From positions 1 through 64,000 of the forward strand of contig JBBCAX010000114.1 of assembly GCA_051382335.1 (NCBI GenBank): a stretch of DNA of 64,000 nt. Direction: 5' to 3'. The position numbers and the translations under genes are program-made. Every line of letters starts with the position of its first letter. Position 1 is the stretch's first letter. Under the pieces are notes generated by a model. It ran no database searches and was not told the DNA's origin. It saw only the letters and a list, made by a program, of their open reading frames with translations. Shown one piece after another: positions 1 to 8,487 of this stretch. The DNA is from Deltaproteobacteria bacterium TL4 (GTDB taxonomy: Bacteria > SAR324 > NAC60-12).

Positions 1-506
1 AAATAATAACCTTGCATTAATTCATTCATAAAATAAAACCACTGATATTATTGAATAATTAAAACTAAAACCATGAATCAAATGTTCAAAGTCCAGATTA
101 AATATGACAAGATGACATTCGAAGCAAGGGGAATGATCGCTTAAATATTTATCCCCAGTGATTTTAACGTTCCAAAATGAAACACCATCAGAAAAATCAG
201 TGTGATAGCCAAAACCCTCAGCTTGAATAACACTTAGGAATCCATGTAACAAGGGGCTCTGCGGGAGAATGGATCGCCCGTGATGGGAAAGCTTTGAGAG
301 GCTCCCCTGGAGAACAAATCGTTTCAGCCATGACTCATCAGAGCGAAGTCCTTGTGGCTCAATCCAGAATGCAAGGGATCAAGAGCAGTGAAATCCTGAG
401 TTTGGTGGGAAAAATATGAAAAAAAATCTTGATAATTGCAGGGACTCCGAACCCTTTTTTATGAATATACTTTGTCAAGTTGGTTTTTTATGAGAAAGCC
501 GTGCTA

Positions 507-518
507 TACCTACCCGAT
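507..518 (+). mobile_element. Extreme 3' end remnant of a group IIC intron (TACCTACCCGAT), abutting an attC inverse core
   Basis: 507-519 is identical to 3003-3015, the end of the clear DV/DVI remnant. It is followed by TGGGC; removing the intron would restore R'' GCCCAAC on the minus strand. Confidence 0.5.
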
Positions 519-593
519 TGGGCCTCATTTATCTGAGGTTGGGTTGGTGACAATTCAAGCAATTCGTCCCTGATTCAGCTAGGACATGGTGGC

Positions 594-2747
594 TCATTTT
601 TTAGGGAATAACTGAACGATGGTTTTACCGATCTCATCCAGTTTTTCGATGGAATCCACAATAGACGGGTTTTTCAAGTCCCGTGTGGAACCGCCTGCGA
701 TGCCTGTCTGCAGGGGATAAACCAGAATAAAACTGTTGGCCTGAAAATACTTGTTTAAATAAGCGGGGATCTTGTCCATTTCGCCGTGATAAGAAACTTG
801 AGCTTTCCTGCTCAAAACAATGATCAGGTTGTCATCGATTCTCATGTCACGGGATAGAATTAAAAAATCCTCCCACTCCGTGAATTCGGAAAAGTCACAT
901 TCAATGGGATGCTTGGCATGGATGCTCTTAATGTATTTCAAGGTTTCCGGCGCGGCATAGAAAACCAGCGTGGCTCCTGTATTGCGGGCGATGTTCCAAA
1001 CCTTGATGAGCCAAAAGGGAAACCCGATTTCTTTTTCCGCTTTTTTCGGCACAATGATTAAATGCCGTTTAATTGTAGCCAGCGGTTGAGATGGTTTGTA
1101 GATCCATGTGGTCGTATCACATTTGGTGAGAATTCCCTCAATCAGATTGCCTAAAAAGGAGTCGGATATTCCCTTTTTTTGGTGAAGTCCCAGAATGAGG
1201 TCAGTAATTTTATGCTCCTTTACAACGCCGGAGATCCCGTTGACAATATTGAGATCGTAGCGGAGTAACTCATGCAGGTAAGTATCGGTGGCGGAAGCAG
1301 TGACGGCGGCCTTATTCAAGATTTTTTTCGCGGCCTTCTCCGCGTTCTCGTCAGCGGTATGGTGGTAGAGAAGGCTTAAGGCATATAATCCGCTTTTATT
1401 GTTACTGGACTTGACGGTGACGCTCAAGTTGATGAGTTCATCCACGGTTTCAGGATTACTGATGGGAATCAAAATGCGTTCCACATGATCACTGTCTTCC
1501 TCGTCGGATTCTGACGCTGCTGCTAAAGCAAGATTTTTAGCGCCTTTTTGCGCGGTGAATGAGGCCAGGGTACAGGTGATCAAAATCATGATCAGCGTGC
1601 CGTTTAAGATGCTTTCTCCCAGCAATCGGATTGGTTCTCCCGTTTGAGTTTCACCCACAATGACGTTATACCCCACCAGCACTGCGGCCAGGGTCGCCGC
1701 TGCCTGTGCGTTGCTCAATCCAAAAATCAATCGGCGCTCATCCGTTGAAAAGTGATAGGTCTTTTGCGTAGCCCACGCGGCCAGAAATTTAGCGGCTGTA
1801 GCAATGAGTGTCATGACTGCCGCGACTTTGACGGTTTCCAAATCCTTAAAAAACGCCCTGTAATCCATGAGCATTCCAACACCAAGGAGAAAAAACGGGA
1901 TAAAAATGGCATTACCCACAAAATCGATACGGTTCATTAAAGGAGAGGTTTGGGGAATGAGTCTGTTCATCGCCAATCCCGCAAGGAACGCTCCAATAAT
2001 CGCTTCAATTCCCGCCAGTTCCGCCAGAAACGCACCCAAAAAAAGGATCACCAACACAAATATGTATTGCGAAATGTTATCGTCATATCGCTTAAAGAAC
2101 CAACGGCCAATCAAGGGAAATAACAGAATTACGATCAATCCGAAAGCAAGAATAGATACGGAAAGTCTGAGCCAAAACTCAGCGTTTACTTCGCCTTTTG
2201 TCATTCCTACAATAACGGCAAGTATCAGCAGCGCCAGGGTATCCGTAATGATAGTTCCCCCTACCGCGACACTCACCGCTTTATTTTTTGTAAGGCCCAG
2301 TTTACTGACAATGGGATAGGCGATTAACGTATGGGAAGCGAACATGCTGGCCAGTAAAACTGAAGTCAGGATTGAAAATTCAAGAATATAAATACCAGCA
2401 AGTGTTCCCATCGTCATTGGAATGGTAAAAGTGTACAAACCAAACACTAAACTTTTCCGCCGGTTTTTCTTAAAATCAGCTAAATCAATTTCCAATCCCG
2501 CCAAAAACATAATGTAGAGCAGTCCGGCGGTTCCTGAAAGAATGATGCTGCTGTCCCGCACCATCAGATTCAATCCATGGGGACCAATAACAGCACCGGC
2601 CACAATCAATCCCAGCAAGTGAGGAATTTTTATTTTGTTTAACAGGATGGGCGCAAACAAGATGATCAGCAGGATGAGCAGAAATTTCAATACCGGATTG
2701 GTCAACGGCAAAGTCATCTCAAATAGATTTAGCAATGTCATGTTCAT
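594..2747 (-). CDS. Cation:proton antiporter (CPA2/Kef-type Na+/H+ exchanger) with C-terminal USP-like cytoplasmic domains
   Basis: About 12-13 hydrophobic segments, motifs GLLYIMFLAGLEIDL and IIGAFLAGL; soluble C-terminus beginning RILIPISNPET. Confidence 0.9.
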   Translation of the reverse strand: MNMTLLNLFEMTLPLTNPVLKFLLILLIILFAPILLNKIKIPHLLGLIVAGAVIGPHGLNLMVRDSSIILSGTAGLLYIMFLAGLEIDLADFKKNRRKSLVFGLYTFTIPMTMGTLAGIYILEFSILTSVLLASMFASHTLIAYPIVSKLGLTKNKAVSVAVGGTIITDTLALLILAVIVGMTKGEVNAEFWLRLSVSILAFGLIVILLFPLIGRWFFKRYDDNISQYIFVLVILFLGAFLAELAGIEAIIGAFLAGLAMNRLIPQTSPLMNRIDFVGNAIFIPFFLLGVGMLMDYRAFFKDLETVKVAAVMTLIATAAKFLAAWATQKTYHFSTDERRLIFGLSNAQAAATLAAVLVGYNVIVGETQTGEPIRLLGESILNGTLIMILITCTLASFTAQKGAKNLALAAASESDEEDSDHVERILIPISNPETVDELINLSVTVKSSNNKSGLYALSLLYHHTADENAEKAAKKILNKAAVTASATDTYLHELLRYDLNIVNGISGVVKEHKITDLILGLHQKKGISDSFLGNLIEGILTKCDTTTWIYKPSQPLATIKRHLIIVPKKAEKEIGFPFWLIKVWNIARNTGATLVFYAAPETLKYIKSIHAKHPIECDFSEFTEWEDFLILSRDMRIDDNLIIVLSRKAQVSYHGEMDKIPAYLNKYFQANSFILVYPLQTGIAGGSTRDLKNPSIVDSIEKLDEIGKTIVQLFPKK

Positions 2748-2783
2748 TTCGATTTTCTAGCGACCATGTGTTTTTAGATATGT

Positions 2784-2812
2784 GCCCAACGATGAGGAAA
2801 TCCGTCAGCAAA
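2784..2812 (-). other. Partial attC site (R' core GTTGGGC and right arm); left arm deleted
   Basis: Minus strand reads ...CGGATTTCCTCATCGTTGGGC, about 40 nt before the antiporter ATG. GTTGGGC is complementary to the (GCCCA)AC inverse core at 519-523. Confidence 0.55.
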
Positions 2813-2864
2813 CTGGAAACTCTCCAAGACTCTTTCAACCAATAGGGGACTGACCCCTCTCTAT

Positions 2865-3014
2865 CTCCAAAAACAGGGACTTGTTTCTATCAGATAACTT
2901 TGGATCAAGTGTCACTATCCCGCAACAGCGCGATGATTTCTACGAACCGCCGTAGGCGGAGCCGCATGTACGGTGGTGGGGGAGGTGACGGAGAAAAACC
3001 GCTACCTACCCGAT
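2865..3014 (+). mobile_element. Group IIC intron 3' fragment: C-terminal remnant of the intron-encoded RT/maturase plus domains V-VI
   Basis: GAACCGCCGTAGGCGGAGCCGCATGTACGGTGGTGGGGGAGG...ACCTACCCGAT (2944-3014) is a class C DV/DVI with CCG triad. 2865-2936 reads LQKQGLVSIR*LWIKCHYPATAR*, resembling an IEP C-terminus, with an internal stop. Confidence 0.85.
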
Positions 3015-3409
3015 TAGCTGATCGAAAACCAGGATTCGGCAATGAGAATTAATGTGGCAATTGTTATAGAAATTAGTAAAAGAATCCGATTTCGCTCACT
3101 TATCAATAGACTTGCAATGATTGCAATGAAGGTGATGATCGCTTCGATCAGACTACTCAATAAGTAAATTTCCCTAGTTTTGTAACGCCATCCAGAACCT
3201 TCATGCCCAAATGGGTAAAAACTATTGTCTTGGGATACATTAATGACTTCGGTAAAATTAAGAGCGCATATCAATGCTATCCATAGAAATAAGATTACAT
3301 CTAAGACTTTTATAGAAGTTCTCAGTATTTTACTTTTAAAATCATGTTTCGCCCAAAAGAGAGAAATCTCATGGTAAAAAGTGTCATTCTGGAAGTTAAA
3401 TCGATGCAT
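3014..3409 (-). CDS. Small membrane protein (about 3 TM), possible partner or immunity gene of the upstream Tlde1-like gene; start codon uncertain
   Basis: Hydrophobic helices in the C-terminal ~105 aa. It overlaps the end of 3322..4035, and its stop codon lies in the attC inverse core. Confidence 0.55.
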   Translation of the reverse strand: MHRFNFQNDTFYHEISLFWAKHDFKSKILRTSIKVLDVILFLWIALICALNFTEVINVSQDNSFYPFGHEGSGWRYKTREIYLLSSLIEAIITFIAIIASLLISERNRILLLISITIATLILIAESWFSIS

Positions 3410-4035
3410 CCAGCCGAACCGGGTGTATCGCCTCCATGAATAGAAAAACCACTTCTGCCTAAAGTGACGGTTTTCCTTTTGGGTATCAACCACACTCTGT
3501 TTTTTCCCCATGCGCTTTCTCCCCAAGGCCAATTGCCTTGACCAATAAGTTCAAGTAAATCCTGGATCCAGTCAGCGCCTCTCGGCGGTTTACTTTGATA
3601 CCGATCTTGCCTTACGTACCATTCCCCTTCTAGTATCGGTCCTTTGTCTTTCAAGGATTGATACGCTGACGAAGTATAACCATCTGCTCCTGAAGTCGCA
3701 GGCCAACAATCCACAGCTTTTTTGTTCTCCATCCAACACAATTCTCTTCCATTGAAAAGAAGGTAAGGCTCGTATAAATCGGCTAATGCCGAAAAATTAT
3801 TGGATTGAGTATCGTCAGGTCTGGATCTCAAATAAGGCTTCTCGTTTTGAGGTTGTATCACAACGGCATTTATTTCCCTTTGTTCAGCCAGAAAAATCGC
3901 TTTTTCCTTGGAAATCCAACCTGTCTCTTCAATGAGGAATTCTTCAATTTCTCCCGATCTGCCTCGTCTGGCTCCGATAATTTTCTTTGTCTCTTTCATT
4001 TCATTTTTTTCATGAAAGGTTGAAGATGAATTCAT
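3322..4035 (-). CDS. DUF3892-like N-terminal domain fused to a DUF2778/Tlde1-like (L,D-transpeptidase fold) domain
   Basis: N-terminal YLRSRPDDTQSNNFSAL is typical of DUF3892. C-terminal GRSGFSIHGGDTPGSAGCID carries the H...SxGC catalytic motif. Confidence 0.75.
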   Translation of the reverse strand: MNSSSTFHEKNEMKETKKIIGARRGRSGEIEEFLIEETGWISKEKAIFLAEQREINAVVIQPQNEKPYLRSRPDDTQSNNFSALADLYEPYLLFNGRELCWMENKKAVDCWPATSGADGYTSSAYQSLKDKGPILEGEWYVRQDRYQSKPPRGADWIQDLLELIGQGNWPWGESAWGKNRVWLIPKRKTVTLGRSGFSIHGGDTPGSAGCIDLTSRMTLFTMRFLSFGRNMILKVKY

Positions 4036-4036
4036 C

Positions 4037-4137
4037 AGCTAATGCTTAGCATGACTGGCATCCGTTTGAGATCGTCGCCTGTTGATCAGTCTTCGTGCGC
4101 CAAAAATGGCTGTTGTGTGTCCAGTCAATGCGATTGT
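4037..4137 (-). other. attC recombination site (degenerate R' ATTAGCT), interrupted at R'' by a group II intron
   Basis: Arms GCATGACTGG / CCAGTCAATGC pair with one extrahelical base. The site ends in TTGT immediately before the intron 5' end. Confidence 0.75.
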
Positions 4138-4453
4138 GTACGCCCAGCATGGGCGTGATCTGATGGGATGAAGTCCCCTATAGGAAAGCCACTGGCTTTC
4201 AATGCTATGGAACTGATCATGCTGCACTGGCGGGAAACCAGCCAGCAAACAGCGAACAAACTGTGTTCCTAAGGTAATGAGTACCATGAACTATTAGCGA
4301 AAGGCAAGGGCTAAACCGTGAGGGCTCGTCTGAAGGCTTGTCCTGAGCGCAGTCGAAGGGAAGCCCGGAGCAACGCTTCGACAGGCTCAGCGACCAATTG
4401 ACAAGCCGACGGGCAGAAACCGCGTAGAAGGCTCACTTCCCTGGGATGAGTTA
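4138..4453 (+). mobile_element. Group IIC (attC-targeting) intron 5' fragment, domain I, truncated by a MITE
   Basis: Starts GTACGCCCAGCATGGGCGTG and contains GCAAGGG..CCGTG, CTGAAGG..GAAGC and GGGATGAGTT, as in class C DI. Highly similar to 46888-47180. Confidence 0.85.
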
Positions 4454-4554
4454 TAGTGTTTCAGAAAAGTATTTTGGGCTGGGAGCGCAGGCGTCCCGCC
4501 TGCTTTTGCGGGCAGAATGCCCGCGTTCCCAGGAAAGACTTATCTGAAAGTCTA
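4454..4554. repeat. MITE-like element family C (~100 bp) with internal GGGAGCG-type REP-like hairpin
   Basis: Ends TAGTGTTTCAGAAAAGT / ACTTATCTGAAAGTCTA; related copies at 18096, 33852 and 40299. Confidence 0.75.
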
Positions 4555-4753
4555 GGCACTGGTTCCGTTGAGTTCATAAAACCTTCTCCATGCGTAATGT
4601 TCTGGTAACTCTGCGTGCAAAGTCCGCCACACCGTAAGCGATATTCCGAACACCGGGTTTGAGCATGAAGCCTCCTGTCTTTCTTTTCTTGCCGCGTCGA
4701 ACCCACCCTTGATGAGGGTTCCAAATTACCAAACAGATTGAGAGAAAACGTAC

Positions 4754-5908
4754 TTACCCCTCATTTCCGATCTTGGCTTTAATGATTGAAAGGTGATGTC
4801 GATTTTTTGGGGACAGATCGTTTACTAAATCTCCCATGCCGTCAGCAACTCCAATGATCCGGGAGGGATTGCGGTAATTGTCAACGACGACATCATCCAG
4901 GAGTCCCATGTATCCACCGGATACCACAAAAACACCGGCTTCAATTTCTCGTCGGCCCATCTGATTAAACATGACCGCATGATTCTTTTGCATCGTGGCA
5001 ATGAGGCCATCGATGGCAGAGGAGATGTCACATCGAATGATGTTGATTTTTGCTTGAACCGCTTTTTCGATAGCGTCTTTAAATACGCTGCCTTTACCCA
5101 CATCTACAACAAGGCCCTCAGGTTTCATACTTTGAATCATTTCCCAGTTGATGGCGGGGACTCCATTCGTACATCCGATGAGCGCGTCACAATACAAGGC
5201 AGCCTGTAAGGCATCCTGATTATAATGGGCAATGGCCATGGTGGATTGGGGTTTCGCAATATTAATAACATCGGCCATCAGCATGCCTCGGGCCATATCA
5301 CGACGGACTAATTCCACATGACAGCCACATTCAACGAGTTTCAGCGCCAATTTGAAACCAATGTTTCCACCCCCTATGATCGCAATTCTTTTTTCGTTCA
5401 GAAGGTGGAACCAACTCGACAGGAAATGCCATACGGATTCAACGGTCATATCGTTAGGCTTGAACTCTCGAAATTGGCTTATTTTAACATGGAGCGCACA
5501 TGCGGCACTCAAATTTCCCATCTCCACATGAATCCTTGCCTTTGCCTTTTCAGAGGAAGGTTCCATGTTGAAATAGGTTAATACCTGATTATCTATACCA
5601 AGACTGATGCCTATTTTTTTCTCTGCATCCATGAGAACCTGGTCCACAATCCCGTCAATTCGCCGACAAAGCAAAATAGCCTGCGTCTGTGAAAAAACGA
5701 TGCTGCCTCCAATAAAACTGTGCGTAATGCGTCTCAGTGGCGTCAGAAAAGGATGGCCGTTCTCTCGGATTTTTGCCGTGGTGCTGATTGTAAAGATAGA
5801 TAAAGCGCCTGCCCTTTGAGCTTCCGCACGAAGTTCCCGAGCTAAATGTTCAGCGTCTTTCAGCCAATTTTCTAAATATTCGATGCTTTCCCGCATGTTC
5901 CCATTCAT
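4754..5908 (-). CDS. NAD(P)-binding Rossmann-fold protein of unknown function, last gene of the polysaccharide cluster
   Basis: IAIIGGGNIG motif and VVDVGKG; co-oriented with the glycan genes. Confidence 0.65.
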   Translation of the reverse strand: MNGNMRESIEYLENWLKDAEHLARELRAEAQRAGALSIFTISTTAKIRENGHPFLTPLRRITHSFIGGSIVFSQTQAILLCRRIDGIVDQVLMDAEKKIGISLGIDNQVLTYFNMEPSSEKAKARIHVEMGNLSAACALHVKISQFREFKPNDMTVESVWHFLSSWFHLLNEKRIAIIGGGNIGFKLALKLVECGCHVELVRRDMARGMLMADVINIAKPQSTMAIAHYNQDALQAALYCDALIGCTNGVPAINWEMIQSMKPEGLVVDVGKGSVFKDAIEKAVQAKINIIRCDISSAIDGLIATMQKNHAVMFNQMGRREIEAGVFVVSGGYMGLLDDVVVDNYRNPSRIIGVADGMGDLVNDLSPKNRHHLSIIKAKIGNEG

Positions 5909-5945
5909 GTTCGTGGTTTTGAATTTTCAACGTATCCTGGCCCGA

Positions 5946-7631
5946 TTATTCATCGTCCATGCTGCGATACTTCTTTTCAAAAATTTGTTGCAACCATAAT
6001 TCAAAAGCCACATAGCGTCCCAGTGCTTCCGCGTAATTATGACCTTGAAGATGTTTTTGCCAAAGCGTCAAGACCGCTTGTTTTGAAAGGAATTCACCGT
6101 AAAGCGCTTTAGGATTTTTCAGTACTTGCTGAAAAAAGGAACCAATCGGCTCTTGCCTCATCCAGCGGGCATAAGCGGCATACTCGCTATCATCCTGAAA
6201 GTGGTTTCCCAAAAAGGGAAGATCGCGAAGGAGCTTTCCCCTGACTTTTCTGACAAACAACGTTATTTGTTGTTGGGGTCTATACGCGCTCACGGGGAGT
6301 CCGGTATGCTGCCAGGGAATTGATTGGAAATAGTCAGGAAACCTGCGCAGTAACATCTGATGATAAATGTAAGAATTTTGACGCAACCGGGGAGGTATCG
6401 ACAAAATGAATTCAAACAATTCATTTTCAAAAAAGGGGAGTCGGCTATGCACACGAGACTGACACAAACGAACACCGTAAGTCACAAAACGCCTTCCACG
6501 ATGCGTTATTTTTTCGGTCATCGACCAACGGGGGTCGTTTAAATAGCTCCCGCCTAAAATCGCGTCGCCTAAAAACCCATCCAGTAGAATACGACAATGG
6601 GTACGCATCAGGGGGACTAAGCTCAAAATATGCATGTGGATTATATTTTTATGGCCTTCCGTTAACCAAACACCGGTTTGCCAACGTTGAATCCATGAGA
6701 ATTGATCTAACTCCAGCACATGATGTTCCGTGTTGCCCAGCGACGCCACTTGTTTAGCGATCTCGATATCCTCACAGCCGACTTTCCCGAAGGTGAAGGC
6801 TGGAATCGCTGTCGCTCTTGGGGAAAGTGCCGCCAAGAGGGCTCTTGAATCCAGGCCTCCGCTTAAAGCGATTCCGGTTGGACCCTGCTCCATTATTTTT
6901 ACGCTTTGGACAAAAAGTCGGCCTAATTCTTCAATAATTTCATCTTCGTTTAAATGGGCGCCTTTTTGAGGGAGCATGTCCCAATTCCAATAAACATGAA
7001 TTGCCTGAGTTTGAGTTTCCAGATCCCATTTAAGGACACTGCCAGACGGCAGCAACGTCACATGCTCAAACCAGGTGCGGTTGCCCAACAGATAACCGGT
7101 ATCAAAAAACTCCACCAGGGCACCTCGGCTGATTTGGGGCGTATATCCAGGAAATTCCAAAAGAGCTTTGATTTCGCTTGTCCAAATCAAATGCCGTTGG
7201 TGCACGGTCCAATGGAGGTGACGCAACCCATAACGATCCGTCAGCAAAAACACTTGCTTGCGCCTTGAGTCATAAATCACGGCGGCAAAAATACCATTGA
7301 TTTGTTTTAAAAATTCAAGGGAGGGGTCCCTTCGGATTAACTGCGCCAATAAAACGGGGTCTCTGTTGCCTGAGACCTGATAAGTGCGTTGCAATTCTGT
7401 CTGATTATAAAATTCACCATCTAACCAAACGGCCAGTCCTTCCGCTTCATAAGGTTGCGGCTCCAGTTGTATGGTATCCGTATGGACTCGTGTCGCCGCA
7501 ATTTGAGTGTCATGAAAAAGAGGATCCTGGACATAAAAGGGATAATGCGTCATTAACTGACTCATGCGCTCCAGGACCTCGGCAGATTTTGACAAAGCTG
7601 GAGTAAGGGTAAAACCGACAAGTCCGGGCAT
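5946..7631 (-). CDS. Asparagine synthase-like amidotransferase/ATP pyrophosphatase (glycan modification)
   Basis: DGEFYN, TDRYGLR, LSGGLDSR and LPFFENEL motifs. The N-terminus is MPG rather than MCG. Confidence 0.85.
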   Translation of the reverse strand: MPGLVGFTLTPALSKSAEVLERMSQLMTHYPFYVQDPLFHDTQIAATRVHTDTIQLEPQPYEAEGLAVWLDGEFYNQTELQRTYQVSGNRDPVLLAQLIRRDPSLEFLKQINGIFAAVIYDSRRKQVFLLTDRYGLRHLHWTVHQRHLIWTSEIKALLEFPGYTPQISRGALVEFFDTGYLLGNRTWFEHVTLLPSGSVLKWDLETQTQAIHVYWNWDMLPQKGAHLNEDEIIEELGRLFVQSVKIMEQGPTGIALSGGLDSRALLAALSPRATAIPAFTFGKVGCEDIEIAKQVASLGNTEHHVLELDQFSWIQRWQTGVWLTEGHKNIIHMHILSLVPLMRTHCRILLDGFLGDAILGGSYLNDPRWSMTEKITHRGRRFVTYGVRLCQSRVHSRLPFFENELFEFILSIPPRLRQNSYIYHQMLLRRFPDYFQSIPWQHTGLPVSAYRPQQQITLFVRKVRGKLLRDLPFLGNHFQDDSEYAAYARWMRQEPIGSFFQQVLKNPKALYGEFLSKQAVLTLWQKHLQGHNYAEALGRYVAFELWLQQIFEKKYRSMDDE

Positions 7632-7641
7632 AGTGAAACAC

Positions 7642-8487
7642 TTATAAAGATTCTGGGTTTAGGGGTTTTATCGCAAGAATGTTGATCATCCGTTCTTTAG
7701 TAAGCAAGGTTAAGAAGGCTTTGACCGTATATAAAAACTCTGCGACAAAGTCTGGGATTGCGAGACGCAAATGGGTTTTAAACACTTGTTGGACTTTTCT
7801 TTGGTTCAAGTCCATCACTTCATAGCCCTTTGTTTTCAGCAGTTCCGTAAGGCCTTTTTGACTGATCCGATTTAACGAATCCCAGCCAACGGTTGGACGT
7901 TTGAGCCAGGTGAGGAACTGTTTCGAATTCACGTGGCTAAGCTTGGGGAGGACCGGTAACCGATAATGCGGTTCAAAATAACTGCGTGAATAATCAGGCG
8001 CTTGAATATGAATGACGCCTTTGGGTTTTAAAATCCTGTCCATTTCATCAAGGCACTTTTCCACATCACTTACATGTTCCAAGGTTTGATAGCTTGAAAT
8101 GACATCAAAAGACGCGTTTTCAAACGGCAAGGCTTCACCATATCCGATCACAAACCGGGAGATCCATGCCTGGGGATACCCTTTGTCTTTAATCTTTAAG
8201 GCATTAAATTCCCGCTTCCATTGTTCCGGATCCAGACCCCAGACGTCATAACCGTTCAATAACCCATAAAACACAAAGGTGCCGCATCCGCAGGCCATAT
8301 CCAGAATTTTTTGCTTTTTGAGTTCAGAAACGTAATTTTCCAGAATTTGAAAACGTCCGCTGGAGTTGGATTCATCATTCAACCAGTCCTTGGTAACGTT
8401 TTCTATAAAACGGGGATCTGTCACTCCAAACACTTCGGCGCTTTCCCTTGTGAGATGCTGGGAGAGAAATTCTCGACTAGAGGTCAT
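7642..8487 (-). CDS. Class I SAM-dependent methyltransferase
   Basis: ILDMACGCG, LPFENASFDVI, LEHV and RILKPKG motifs. Confidence 0.9.
   Translation of the reverse strand: MTSSREFLSQHLTRESAEVFGVTDPRFIENVTKDWLNDESNSSGRFQILENYVSELKKQKILDMACGCGTFVFYGLLNGYDVWGLDPEQWKREFNALKIKDKGYPQAWISRFVIGYGEALPFENASFDVISSYQTLEHVSDVEKCLDEMDRILKPKGVIHIQAPDYSRSYFEPHYRLPVLPKLSHVNSKQFLTWLKRPTVGWDSLNRISQKGLTELLKTKGYEVMDLNQRKVQQVFKTHLRLAIPDFVAEFLYTVKAFLTLLTKERMINILAIKPLNPESL

Noticed and set aside
22..252. 76-aa ORF in AT-rich DNA
   Set aside because: No recognisable motif or RBS; may be a fragment of a further cassette, but this is unsupported.
243..330. TAACAAGGGGCTC... resembling an attC left arm on the + strand
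   Set aside because: No matching GTTRRRY right arm with proper pairing.
4039..4724. ORFs over intron and MITE sequence (also 17647-17847 and 46769-47684)
   Set aside because: Spurious translations of non-coding repeats.
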